Below are positions 34,863 to 43,522 of a stretch of 64,000 nt of DNA, piece after piece. The first letter of the stretch is position 1. Each line of letters starts with the position of its first letter. Below the pieces are notes generated by a model. It saw only the letters and a list, made by a program, of their open reading frames with translations, had not been told where the DNA came from and did no database searches. A program made the position numbers and the translations under genes. The stretch is from Terriglobia bacterium (GTDB lineage: Bacteria; Acidobacteriota; Polarisedimenticolia; Polarisedimenticolales; JAIQFR01): NCBI GenBank assembly GCA_963748015.1, contig CAVVHE010000004.1, positions 224,001 to 288,000 on the forward strand, in the 5' to 3' direction.

Positions 34863-36515
34863 TCAGCTCCCGCCGCCCGCGGGAGCCGGTGGGCCCCAGC
34901 TCCACTGGCGAGGGCCGGGGTAGACGACCCACAGGCCGAGCGGGGACGGCTTCAGCCCGGAGAGCCGCGAATCCGCCAGCACCGGCGCCGCGAAGTGGAA
35001 CAGGACCGAGATCGGCTCGAGCTCGTGGAGGCGCGCCTCGAGCCGCGCGTACACGGCCTTGCGGGCCGCGAAATCGAACGTCGTCCGCCCTTCCTCCACG
35101 AGGCGGTCCACCTCGGGATCGGCAAGGCCCGTGAAGTTCATCCCGTTCTCCCGCGCCGAGGAGTGGTACAGCTCGAACTGGTCCGGGGCGGGGGAGAGGT
35201 TGAAGCTGCCCATCAACGCCTCGAACTCCCGCCCGCGCCGCCGCTCCAGGAAGGTCTTCCACTCGAGCTTCCGGATCTCGACCGCGACGCCGGCCTTCGA
35301 GAGGGACTGCTGGATCCACGCGGCGATCCGGTCGGTCACCTCCTGCGTCCCCGCTGGGATCGTGAGCGTGAACGCGAGCGGGCGGCCGCCCCTGGACCGC
35401 GCGCCGGTCGGGCCCGCCTTCCATCCCGCCGCGTCGAGAAGCCGCGCGGCCTCCTCCGAATCGTACGGCCAGGGGCGGATCGACGGGTCGGTCCAGGGAG
35501 AGTCCGGGTGATAGGTCAGGGCGCCCGGCCTGGCCAGCCCGCCGAGCACGCTCTTGACGAACGGCTCCCGGTCGAGGGCGAGGACCATCGCGCGTCTCAC
35601 CCTCGGGTCGCCGAAGACCGGGTCGCGCCCGGCCTGGTTCCACGCGACGTACCACGCGCTCATCGGGTAGTAGATGAACCGGCGGAAACGCGACGCCTCG
35701 GCGGCCGACTCCGCCGCGCGAAACGTGTCCGGGGTCACGCCGAGGAGGTCCAGGTCTCCGCGCAGCAGCGCCTGGTACGAGGTGCGCTCGTCGGGAAGCA
35801 CGTCGAACGAGATCCGGTCGAGGAGGGGACGGCCGTCCCAGTACGACGGGTTCGCCTCGAGCACGATCCCCCGCCCGGGCTCCGCCTTGACGAGACGGAA
35901 GGGGCCGCAGCCCACGGGGTGCTTCGCGAACTCGCCCGTGAGGAGGTCGGCGTCGCGCCCGGCGAGGTGCTCGGGAACGATCGGGAGCGTCCACGAGTCG
36001 AGGACGTCGGCGTAGGGCTTCGAGTACACCGCCCGCACCGTGAGCGGGTCCAGCGCCTCCACGGACACGAGGTCCGAGAACTGGCCGATGTACGAGCGCG
36101 CCTCGGTCTTCGGGTCGCGCACCTTGCCGACCGTGAACACGACGTCCTTCGCGGTCAGCGGGGCGCCGTCCTGCCACTTGACGCCGTCCCGGAGATGGAG
36201 CGTGACCACCTTGCCGTCGGGCGAGATCTCGTAGGAGCGGACCAGCCGCGGCTGCAGCGTCAGGGACGCGTCGTACTGGAACGGGCTGTCGGTCACGAGC
36301 CGCGCGATGACGTTCGAAGCGCTGTCGGTCTTCCCGATCAGCGACAGCGACGCCGGGTAAGCGTTCAGCGCCGCTCTCACGGCAGCGGCGTGCTCCGGCT
36401 TCGGCGCCTGCCCCGAACAGGCGACCGCGGCGGCTACCATGATCGCGAGAGCGACCGTCGCGAGCCGACGAGGGAAGTACCTCCCGGCGGCGTGACAGGA
36501 GCGCGGCCGCGCCAT
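34863..36515 (-). CDS. Peptide ABC transporter substrate-binding lipoprotein (family 5, OppA/AppA-like)
   Basis: Lipobox AVAC; LRDGVKWQDGAPLTAKDVVFT; PVGCGPF; DPRVRRAM; start uncertain (36515 chosen). Confidence 0.9.
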   Translation of the reverse strand: MARPRSCHAAGRYFPRRLATVALAIMVAAAVACSGQAPKPEHAAAVRAALNAYPASLSLIGKTDSASNVIARLVTDSPFQYDASLTLQPRLVRSYEISPDGKVVTLHLRDGVKWQDGAPLTAKDVVFTVGKVRDPKTEARSYIGQFSDLVSVEALDPLTVRAVYSKPYADVLDSWTLPIVPEHLAGRDADLLTGEFAKHPVGCGPFRLVKAEPGRGIVLEANPSYWDGRPLLDRISFDVLPDERTSYQALLRGDLDLLGVTPDTFRAAESAAEASRFRRFIYYPMSAWYVAWNQAGRDPVFGDPRVRRAMVLALDREPFVKSVLGGLARPGALTYHPDSPWTDPSIRPWPYDSEEAARLLDAAGWKAGPTGARSRGGRPLAFTLTIPAGTQEVTDRIAAWIQQSLSKAGVAVEIRKLEWKTFLERRRGREFEALMGSFNLSPAPDQFELYHSSARENGMNFTGLADPEVDRLVEEGRTTFDFAARKAVYARLEARLHELEPISVLFHFAAPVLADSRLSGLKPSPLGLWVVYPGPRQWSWGPPAPAGGGS

Positions 36516-36610
36516 CGGCGCGCGGCCGCGCGATGTCAGAGCGACGAGCGAGACGCAACGTCGAGCGAGGAGCGCCCGCGGGGAGGTACTTCCCTCGTCG
36601 GCTCGCGACG
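36456..36610. repeat. Perfect 30-bp inverted repeat with 95-bp spacer over the oppA start
   Basis: CGTCGCGAGCCGACGAGGGAAGTACCTCCC (36456-36485) is the exact reverse complement of 36581-36610. Confidence 0.92.
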
Positions 36611-36663
36611 TCCTCGAGTTCGCCAACGGTGCGTTCATCGTCGCGCCCCTCCTTCGTGCGGAA

Positions 36664-38814
36664 TCACGGCACCGGAACCGGCTTCTCCGCGACGTTGCCG
36701 GCGTCGTCGAGCACCCTGATCGTCTGAACGGCCTCGGCGCCCGAGCCGAGGCCGGTCGCGGGAATGCGGAAGGTCTCCTCGCGAGAGTCCGCAACGCCGT
36801 CCGAGGGGCGGGCCTGGAACACCGCCTTTCCGTCCCGCATCGCCTCGACCCGGTTCACGGGGCTCAGCGCGTCCGTCGCCTTGATCTCCAGGTCGCCTCC
36901 GGCGACCCTCCGGACCTCGAGCAAGGGCGCCGAGCGGTCCACGGTCACGAAGAGAGAGAGGGCGGAGGCCTTCTCCTTCCCGTCCTCCGGGGAGTTCGCG
37001 GCTCGGTCGCCGGCGAAGGCGCGGACCTCGTAGGTTCCCTCGGCCACCGCGGCCGTGTCCCAAACCGCCTTACCGTCCTTCCACGAGACTTCGTCGTCCG
37101 CGTCCGTGCCGCCCGAGGTGTCCAACCCGTCGGCGCGCGCGCCGACGCTCCAAGCTTCGGTCCCGGGCACGCGGTAGCGGATCTCCACCGACACCGGATC
37201 CCCGTCGGGATCGGAGACCGCGAAACGGAGCGTCGCCTTGCCGGACACGGCCGGCTTGGGCGCGTCGAGCGTGAACTCCCTGATCTCCGGAGAGCGATTG
37301 ACCAGGGCGTAGCTGATCGATGCGGCCGAGACCCGCGAGCCGGTGACCTCGCCGCCGGCGAGCCGCGCCCGCCACTGCACGTAGCGGCCGTCGGGATTCG
37401 TCACGCGGCTCACGGAGGGGTCGGTCATCGCGGGTCCCCACGCCGACCAGGTCGCGTCGGGCTCCCCGGTGTTTCCGGTGCGCGTGTAGAACTCCGCGCG
37501 TCCCGGGGGGCCCTCGACGCGCCACCGGATCGCGCCCCACCGCGCGAGCCCGCCCGCGTCGAACGGGCGCGATACGAAGACCCCCGCTTCCTTCGCCTCC
37601 CGCTCCAACCGGAACGCGGCGGCCGGATTGCTCGTCGCCGCGACGAGCGTGCTCCCCGCCGCGAGGAGACCCGTCACCTGTCCCTCGGAGAACGACTCGA
37701 AGAGCGCGACCTCGCCTCCCGGCTCCGAGCGGTAGATGCGCGCGGGCTCTCCGGCGCCGAACACGGCTCTCCCTTCCGCGTCCGACAGGACGCAGAACGG
37801 GGCCTCGACGGCCGAGCGCCAGATCTCGGTGGCCTGCCCGTCCGGCGCGATCCGGATCACGCGGCCGCGGACGCGCCGCGCGCGCTCCTCGCCGGGGGTG
37901 GCGAGCCCCTCGATGATCCCCTCGAGCATCGGCCCCTGCCGCTCCTGGAAATCCCCGACGTGGTCGGGGGACGCGCCGACCTCGGCACCTCCCGCGACCT
38001 GGATGCGCACCGCGGGCACTCGCGGCTCGGCCTCCGGCGGCCCGAGGAACGCCGCGTAGATCGCTCCGTCGGGGGCGATCGCCACCGATCGGGCCTCGGG
38101 AAGGTCGTCGTCGTGGAGGACGCGGGCGTGCCCCTCCGCGTCGATCCTGTAGACGAGGCCGCGTCCCGCTCCGCCGGCGATCAGGCCGCCACCCGGAAGG
38201 AGTGCCATGGAGACGATGTGCGATTCGTCGCTGTCGAAGAAAGGCTCGGCCTTCCCGTCCGGGTCGATCTTGAAGAGGACGCCCTGGTCCCCTGTTCCCG
38301 CGAACACCGAGCCGTCCCGCGCGACGGCGAGCGACCAGACGTAGCGCTCGCCGGTCTCGCACCACACGCTCCCCTTGCCTCCCGCGCCGATGCGGTAGAT
38401 CTTCCCGCCGGGAGCCGTGCCCGCCAGCAGGTCGCCGCCCGGGAGGACCGCGAGCGCCGTGACCATCGGCTCCGCCGCGGAGAAGAGGACGGTCACCGTC
38501 CCCGCGGGCGTGACCTTGATGACCTTTCCGCCTGGCCCGGTCCCCAGGAAGACGTTCCCCGCGGCGTCGGAGACCGCCGACCAGACCTGCGCGGGAGCGC
38601 CCGCCGCCCGCGCGGAGGCGAGCGGAACGAAGCGGGGGACGAGGAACAGCCGGCCTCGCGAGGTGATGGCGACGCCGTCGGCATCGCCTCGCTGCATCTC
38701 GGCGGCGCCGGCGGTCACGACCCGTGTGTGGACCGCCCCCGCGGGCAGGGGGGCGAGCGCGGCGCAGGCGGAGGCGAGCGCGATCGCGGCGAGGCGGACC
38801 GAGCGGCGGCTCAT
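36664..38814 (-). CDS. Secreted beta-propeller repeat protein with C-terminal Ig-like domains
   Basis: Signal peptide; repeated VWS/SLA..DG.VFAGTG..G.L blades; DPDGD motif; start overlaps the SpoIVB stop. Confidence 0.8.
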   Translation of the reverse strand: MSRRSVRLAAIALASACAALAPLPAGAVHTRVVTAGAAEMQRGDADGVAITSRGRLFLVPRFVPLASARAAGAPAQVWSAVSDAAGNVFLGTGPGGKVIKVTPAGTVTVLFSAAEPMVTALAVLPGGDLLAGTAPGGKIYRIGAGGKGSVWCETGERYVWSLAVARDGSVFAGTGDQGVLFKIDPDGKAEPFFDSDESHIVSMALLPGGGLIAGGAGRGLVYRIDAEGHARVLHDDDLPEARSVAIAPDGAIYAAFLGPPEAEPRVPAVRIQVAGGAEVGASPDHVGDFQERQGPMLEGIIEGLATPGEERARRVRGRVIRIAPDGQATEIWRSAVEAPFCVLSDAEGRAVFGAGEPARIYRSEPGGEVALFESFSEGQVTGLLAAGSTLVAATSNPAAAFRLEREAKEAGVFVSRPFDAGGLARWGAIRWRVEGPPGRAEFYTRTGNTGEPDATWSAWGPAMTDPSVSRVTNPDGRYVQWRARLAGGEVTGSRVSAASISYALVNRSPEIREFTLDAPKPAVSGKATLRFAVSDPDGDPVSVEIRYRVPGTEAWSVGARADGLDTSGGTDADDEVSWKDGKAVWDTAAVAEGTYEVRAFAGDRAANSPEDGKEKASALSLFVTVDRSAPLLEVRRVAGGDLEIKATDALSPVNRVEAMRDGKAVFQARPSDGVADSREETFRIPATGLGSGAEAVQTIRVLDDAGNVAEKPVPVP

Positions 38815-40601
38815 CGGGCCTCCACCTCGAGCTGAACGCGCGCCATCCCCTCGACGGAGTACTCCGCGAGGATCTCCTCCTCGAGGAGCGCGCGGCGCTG
38901 CACCACCGCGAGGTTCCCCTGGCTCTTCGGGCGCAGCAGGATCGAGAGCGCCGACGGCGGAAGGGAGGGCAGGCGCTCGCCGCCCATCACGACCCCGGCG
39001 TCCTCGCGGATCCCGAGGACGTAGACGCGATCGTTGCGCCGAAGCTGATTGATCAGCTTGACGAGCTGGGCGAGGTCCCGGGGCATGATGTCCGCGTCGC
39101 CGCCCTCGGCCCGGCTCAGGTTGCTCCCGTCGCCGACGAACAGCTGGAGGCGTCCCGGCGGCGTCTCCGGCGGGATCTCGAACTCTCGCTTCAAGACCTG
39201 CTCCGCGCCGCGGTACGGGACGACGACCACGGAGACCTCCACCTTGTCTCCCGGGCGGACCCGGTAGCGGTCCACGCCGACCCGCTGGATCCTCGCCACG
39301 TGCGGCTCGAGGTCGTAGTCCAGGATCAGGTTGATCCCGGAGACCTTCGGGGGCGCCCAGTCGTTGTTGAGTAGCAGGTAGAGGATGTACGCGGGGATTC
39401 CCGTCGCGTAATACGCCGCCTGCGGCCCTGCGTAGAGGTTGTCGATCTCGACGTCCCCGACGCCGTCGAGCTTGATGACGGACCCCTCGGCGAGGCGCAG
39501 CGTGACGCTGCCGACGACCCGCTCCTTGCTCGCGAGGATGCCGTTCAATCCGGCATAGAGGATCAGGGGGGCGAGCAGGGGATCGCTCGCCATGTCGAAC
39601 GAGAAGGTCTCGGCGGGGCCGCCCCGCGAGCGGAGCTGGATGCGGACCGGGATCATGCGGGGAGTCGCCCCGATCTTCCCGAAGATCCCGGACACCCGGT
39701 CCTGGCGGAACGCGCCGATCTCCGACAGGGGCGTCGCCATCCTGGCGGACTCCTGCAGGCTCGGGAGAAGCGCCTCGGCCCGCGCGCCGGTCAGGGGCAT
39801 GTCCACGGGGCCGAGACCGTAGAACGGGTGTCCGAAGGCCATGACGCGATCGCCGTCCACCCAGGTCACGGTGCCGGTCGCCGTGATGTCCAGGTCGCCC
39901 CGGCAGAGCTTGATGCCGACCGCGGAGCCGGGGCCGAGCGCCGGGGACGGGTCGGGGGAGTGCCCCGCCCCGCCGCCCTGCATCGGGGCGAAGCCCGAGC
40001 GTCCGAAGATCGGCGAGATCCGGTCGAGCCCCGAGGCGCCGATTCCGGCCACGGAGACCGGCACGGAGATCGGGGCCGCGGCGGCCGGCCGCGGAAGCCG
40101 CGAGAGGATCCCGTCGGGAAAGAACGCCGCCACGGCATCGGGCGAGCGCAGGCGCGACAGCGCCGCGCGGTCGAGCGGCGCGCCCGCCTTCGGCGGGGCG
40201 GCCGGTCCCTCGCCGCGCGCGGCGGCCGCGAGCATCTCCTCGATCGGCGTGATCCCGGCGATCGGATCCTTGGAGAATCCCCAGCTGTACGCGACCGCGC
40301 CGATCAGCTTGCCCTCGACGAACACGGGGCTGCCGCTCATCCCGGCGAGCACGCCGGTGTGGGCGAGCGGGCCTCCGCTGAGCCGTCCCAGGATCAGGTT
40401 CTGCCCCGGGCCGATGTTCGGCAGGGTCCCGATGATCTCGACCTCGAACTCCTCGACCGCGGTCCCGGCGAAGACCGTCTTGCCCGTCCCCTTCATGCCC
40501 GCGCGGACCTCGGAGAACGGCAGGATCGGAGGAGCGGAGGCTCCGGCCGCGGACGGCAGGAGCGACAGGAGCAGCAGCAACGACAGCATCGGTTTCTTCA
40601 C
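38811..40601 (-). CDS. SpoIVB peptidase S55 domain protein
   Basis: GMKGTGKTVF, GVLAGMSGSPVFVEGKLIGAVAY, AFGHPF; signal peptide; GTG start with GGAG. Confidence 0.88.
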   Translation of the reverse strand: MKKPMLSLLLLLSLLPSAAGASAPPILPFSEVRAGMKGTGKTVFAGTAVEEFEVEIIGTLPNIGPGQNLILGRLSGGPLAHTGVLAGMSGSPVFVEGKLIGAVAYSWGFSKDPIAGITPIEEMLAAAARGEGPAAPPKAGAPLDRAALSRLRSPDAVAAFFPDGILSRLPRPAAAAPISVPVSVAGIGASGLDRISPIFGRSGFAPMQGGGAGHSPDPSPALGPGSAVGIKLCRGDLDITATGTVTWVDGDRVMAFGHPFYGLGPVDMPLTGARAEALLPSLQESARMATPLSEIGAFRQDRVSGIFGKIGATPRMIPVRIQLRSRGGPAETFSFDMASDPLLAPLILYAGLNGILASKERVVGSVTLRLAEGSVIKLDGVGDVEIDNLYAGPQAAYYATGIPAYILYLLLNNDWAPPKVSGINLILDYDLEPHVARIQRVGVDRYRVRPGDKVEVSVVVVPYRGAEQVLKREFEIPPETPPGRLQLFVGDGSNLSRAEGGDADIMPRDLAQLVKLINQLRRNDRVYVLGIREDAGVVMGGERLPSLPPSALSILLRPKSQGNLAVVQRRALLEEEILAEYSVEGMARVQLEVEAR

Positions 40602-40725
40602 GGGCACTCCCGCGCGCGGCTGGCCCCGGTGCGCGCGCCGAGATCGAATGTAGAGAATAACACGCGAAAACAAGCGGAATCGTGGAGAGCGCGGCGTTGC
40701 CACCGCGGCCGGGCGAGACCCGGTC

Positions 40726-41403
40726 TCAGGCCGAAGGCCCCACCCGGTCGCCCCCGGCGCCCCGGGCGGCGTCCATGCCCCGGCGAGCCCGCGCGATCAG
40801 GTCGGCCCCGGACGCCACGTCCTCGCCGGGACAGCCGGAAACCCCCACGCTGACGGTCGCCTTGAGGGGAAGGGCGGGGCGCTCCCGCCCGGGCCGCTCG
40901 GGCTTGAACAGCAGGTGGGCCGCCGCCGTCCGCAGTCTCTCCGCGACGACCCGCGCTCCCGCCGGCTCGGTCTCGGGCAGGATCACGCCGAGCTCCCCGC
41001 GTCGAGGCCGGAAGAGGAGATCCACCTCCCGGATCGCTCGCCGGGCCGCCTCGGCGATCGAATCCAGGAAGGCGTCCACCGCCGCGGCGCCGTGCGTGCC
41101 GTCGAGATCCTCGATGTGATCGAGCGAGAGCAGCGCGAATCCGAGCGGGTGCCGGTAGCGGACGCTCCGCAGGTACTCGTTCTCGATGTGGCGATCGAGC
41201 ACGTCGCGCGCGGCCGCCTCGAGGAAGACGGGGTGGGAGGCCGGGCGCGCGACGATCGCGAGGTCGGGGGAGAGGGAGCGGATCGCCTGGGCGACGTCCG
41301 CTCCCTCGGCGAGCTCGAGGATCGTAGCGCCGCCGCCGAGCGCCGCGATCTCGCGCCGCCGGTCCGCGTCGAACGGTCCGAGGATCAGGATCCGAAGGCC
41401 CAC
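40726..41403 (-). CDS. Degenerate GGDEF-domain protein
   Basis: RSVRYRHPLGFALLSLD...THG...IREVDLLFRPRRGELGVILPET...TVSVGVS; GG(D/E)EF replaced by RRGEL. Confidence 0.8.
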   Translation of the reverse strand: MGLRILILGPFDADRRREIAALGGGATILELAEGADVAQAIRSLSPDLAIVARPASHPVFLEAAARDVLDRHIENEYLRSVRYRHPLGFALLSLDHIEDLDGTHGAAAVDAFLDSIAEAARRAIREVDLLFRPRRGELGVILPETEPAGARVVAERLRTAAAHLLFKPERPGRERPALPLKATVSVGVSGCPGEDVASGADLIARARRGMDAARGAGGDRVGPSA

Positions 41404-41428
41404 GTTCGCCTCCGCCGGCCCCGCCGCG

Positions 41429-43423
41429 CTACATGCGGTCGGGGACCTCGATGCCCATCAGCCCCAGGAGGTGCACCATCCCGTCGTGGTACAGGCGCAC
41501 CATGGCGGCCCGCACCCTGCGGACCGCCGGGTCCTCCTCCTGGGTCACGGGGAATCGGTGATAGAAGGAGTTGAAAGCCTGCGCGAGCACGTAGGCGTGC
41601 TTGGCGACCGTCGCCAGCTCGAGCGACTCCACGGCCTGCCGCACGACCGCCTGGACTCGGGAGAGGAGCAGGGCGAGGTTCCAGTGCTCGGCCACCGTCT
41701 CCGGCGCGAGCGCTCCGAGGTCGACCGCCGGCGCGAGAGTGGCCGCCTCGGCCTCCTCCCTTCCGTGGCGCTCCGCGACCTTCGCCAGGATGTTCCTCGC
41801 GCGAACGACCGAGTACTGCAGGTAGGGCCCGGTCTCGCCCTCGAACGCGAGGGCGTCGTCGATGTCGAAGGCGACGACCCGGTTCCGCGAGAACCGCAGC
41901 ATGTAGTAGCGCAGCGCTCCCACGCCGATCGCGGAGGCCGTGGACCGGACCCGCCCGTCGTCGAAATCAGGATTCCGCTTCCGGACCTCCGCCTCCGCCC
42001 GCGCGAGCAGCGCGTCCACGAGGTCGTCGGCGCGCAACCCGAGCCCCTTGCGTCCCGACATCTCGAGATACGGCTTCGCGCGCTCCTCGTCGCTGAGCGG
42101 ACGCTCCGGGAACATCGCGGCGACCGCGGCGGGCGTCAGCGCGACCTTCTCGTACGAGAAGTGGACGGACGCGTCGGCCTCGCGGTCATGGCCGAGCGAT
42201 CTCAATCCGAGCGCGACGACCCGCTGCAGGTACGACTGCCCGACGTCGATGACGTTGTAGACCCGCGCGCTGTGCCCGAACTGCGGATGCTCGCGAACGC
42301 CTTCGCCGTGGGTGCTTTCCCAGAGTCCGTAGAGCGGCGCCGCGGGAGACCAGTCGAGCGGCTCGTAGCGGAAGTCCCGGCCGAGGAGCCCGAACTTCCA
42401 CATCTGGTACGCGATGTCCTTCCCGACGTAGGTCACCGTACCGTTCGACCGGACGATGACCTTCTGGTCCTCGCCGGCCCCCTGCTCCACTCCGGGAAGG
42501 TCCATCACCCAGCAGCCGGCGTTCTTCCCCTCGTCGAGCAGGCGGACCGCGCCGGCCTGCTTGAGGCGCGCGAAGGCGTCGTCCCAGAACCGCAGCGCGA
42601 GGATGTCGCTCTCCTTGGGGAGGAGGTCGTAGCGAACCCCGATGCGATGCATCGTGGCGAGGTGGTGCCGCGCCATGCGCCGCGCGACGTGGGACGCCAG
42701 CGCGGCGACGGGGTTGTCCCCCGCCTCCATCGCGTGCAGGGTCTCCTCGCGGTGCGCGTGGCGGGACTTGTCCTCCTCGTAGAATCGCGTGACCTCCGCG
42801 TAGAGATCCCACGCGATGTAGTCGAACCTCTCGCCGCGGGCCCGGAGCGCGTCCTCCGCGTAGCGCTCCCTCACGGCGGCGAGCTCCTCGCCGCGCAGCA
42901 CGCGGAAGCCGACCACGAGGTCCGCCACCTGGACGCCGGTGTCGTCGATGTAATTCTGGACCTCGACCGTCTCGCCGAGCTGCTCGAGGCAGCGGACCAG
43001 CGTGTCGCCGAGGATCGCGTTGCGGAGGTGGCCGATGTGCGCGGCCTTGTTCGGGTTGATGTTGGTGTGCTCGACGGTCGTCTTCGGCGCGCCGTCGGCC
43101 GGCCGGCCCGCGCGGTCCTCGAGGAGCCACCGGCGCAGAAAGGCGGTCCGGTCGAGAAACGCGTTGAGGTAACCCCCGCCCGCGACCTCGACGCGCGCGA
43201 TTCCGTTCCCGGGCTCGAACGCGGCGGCGATCGCTTCGGCGATCGCGCGCGGGGGCCTCCTCGCGGAACGCGCGAGCTCGAAGCAGATGGGGCTCGCGAG
43301 ATCGCCCTGCGTCGCGCTCGGCGGATAGGAGAGCGGGACGGAAGGCGGCTCGATGCCGAGCGCCTTCGACGCGGCTGCGCGAAGGGCCTCCTCGAACGCT
43401 CTTTCGGGCGAGGTGCCGGTCAC
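41429..43423 (-). CDS. argS: Arginine--tRNA ligase
   Basis: EHTNINPNKAAHIGHLRN, NYIDDTGVQ, MSGRKG, FEGETGPYLQY. Confidence 0.97.
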   Translation of the reverse strand: MTGTSPERAFEEALRAAASKALGIEPPSVPLSYPPSATQGDLASPICFELARSARRPPRAIAEAIAAAFEPGNGIARVEVAGGGYLNAFLDRTAFLRRWLLEDRAGRPADGAPKTTVEHTNINPNKAAHIGHLRNAILGDTLVRCLEQLGETVEVQNYIDDTGVQVADLVVGFRVLRGEELAAVRERYAEDALRARGERFDYIAWDLYAEVTRFYEEDKSRHAHREETLHAMEAGDNPVAALASHVARRMARHHLATMHRIGVRYDLLPKESDILALRFWDDAFARLKQAGAVRLLDEGKNAGCWVMDLPGVEQGAGEDQKVIVRSNGTVTYVGKDIAYQMWKFGLLGRDFRYEPLDWSPAAPLYGLWESTHGEGVREHPQFGHSARVYNVIDVGQSYLQRVVALGLRSLGHDREADASVHFSYEKVALTPAAVAAMFPERPLSDEERAKPYLEMSGRKGLGLRADDLVDALLARAEAEVRKRNPDFDDGRVRSTASAIGVGALRYYMLRFSRNRVVAFDIDDALAFEGETGPYLQYSVVRARNILAKVAERHGREEAEAATLAPAVDLGALAPETVAEHWNLALLLSRVQAVVRQAVESLELATVAKHAYVLAQAFNSFYHRFPVTQEEDPAVRRVRAAMVRLYHDGMVHLLGLMGIEVPDRM

Positions 43424-43522
43424 GTTTCCTCTCCTCGGGGGCACGGACTATACAACAGCGGCGGGAGCTTCGAGGACCGCACGTGGCCCGCGGCTCGGTC
43501 CCGGGGCCTCCGGAATCGGCGA

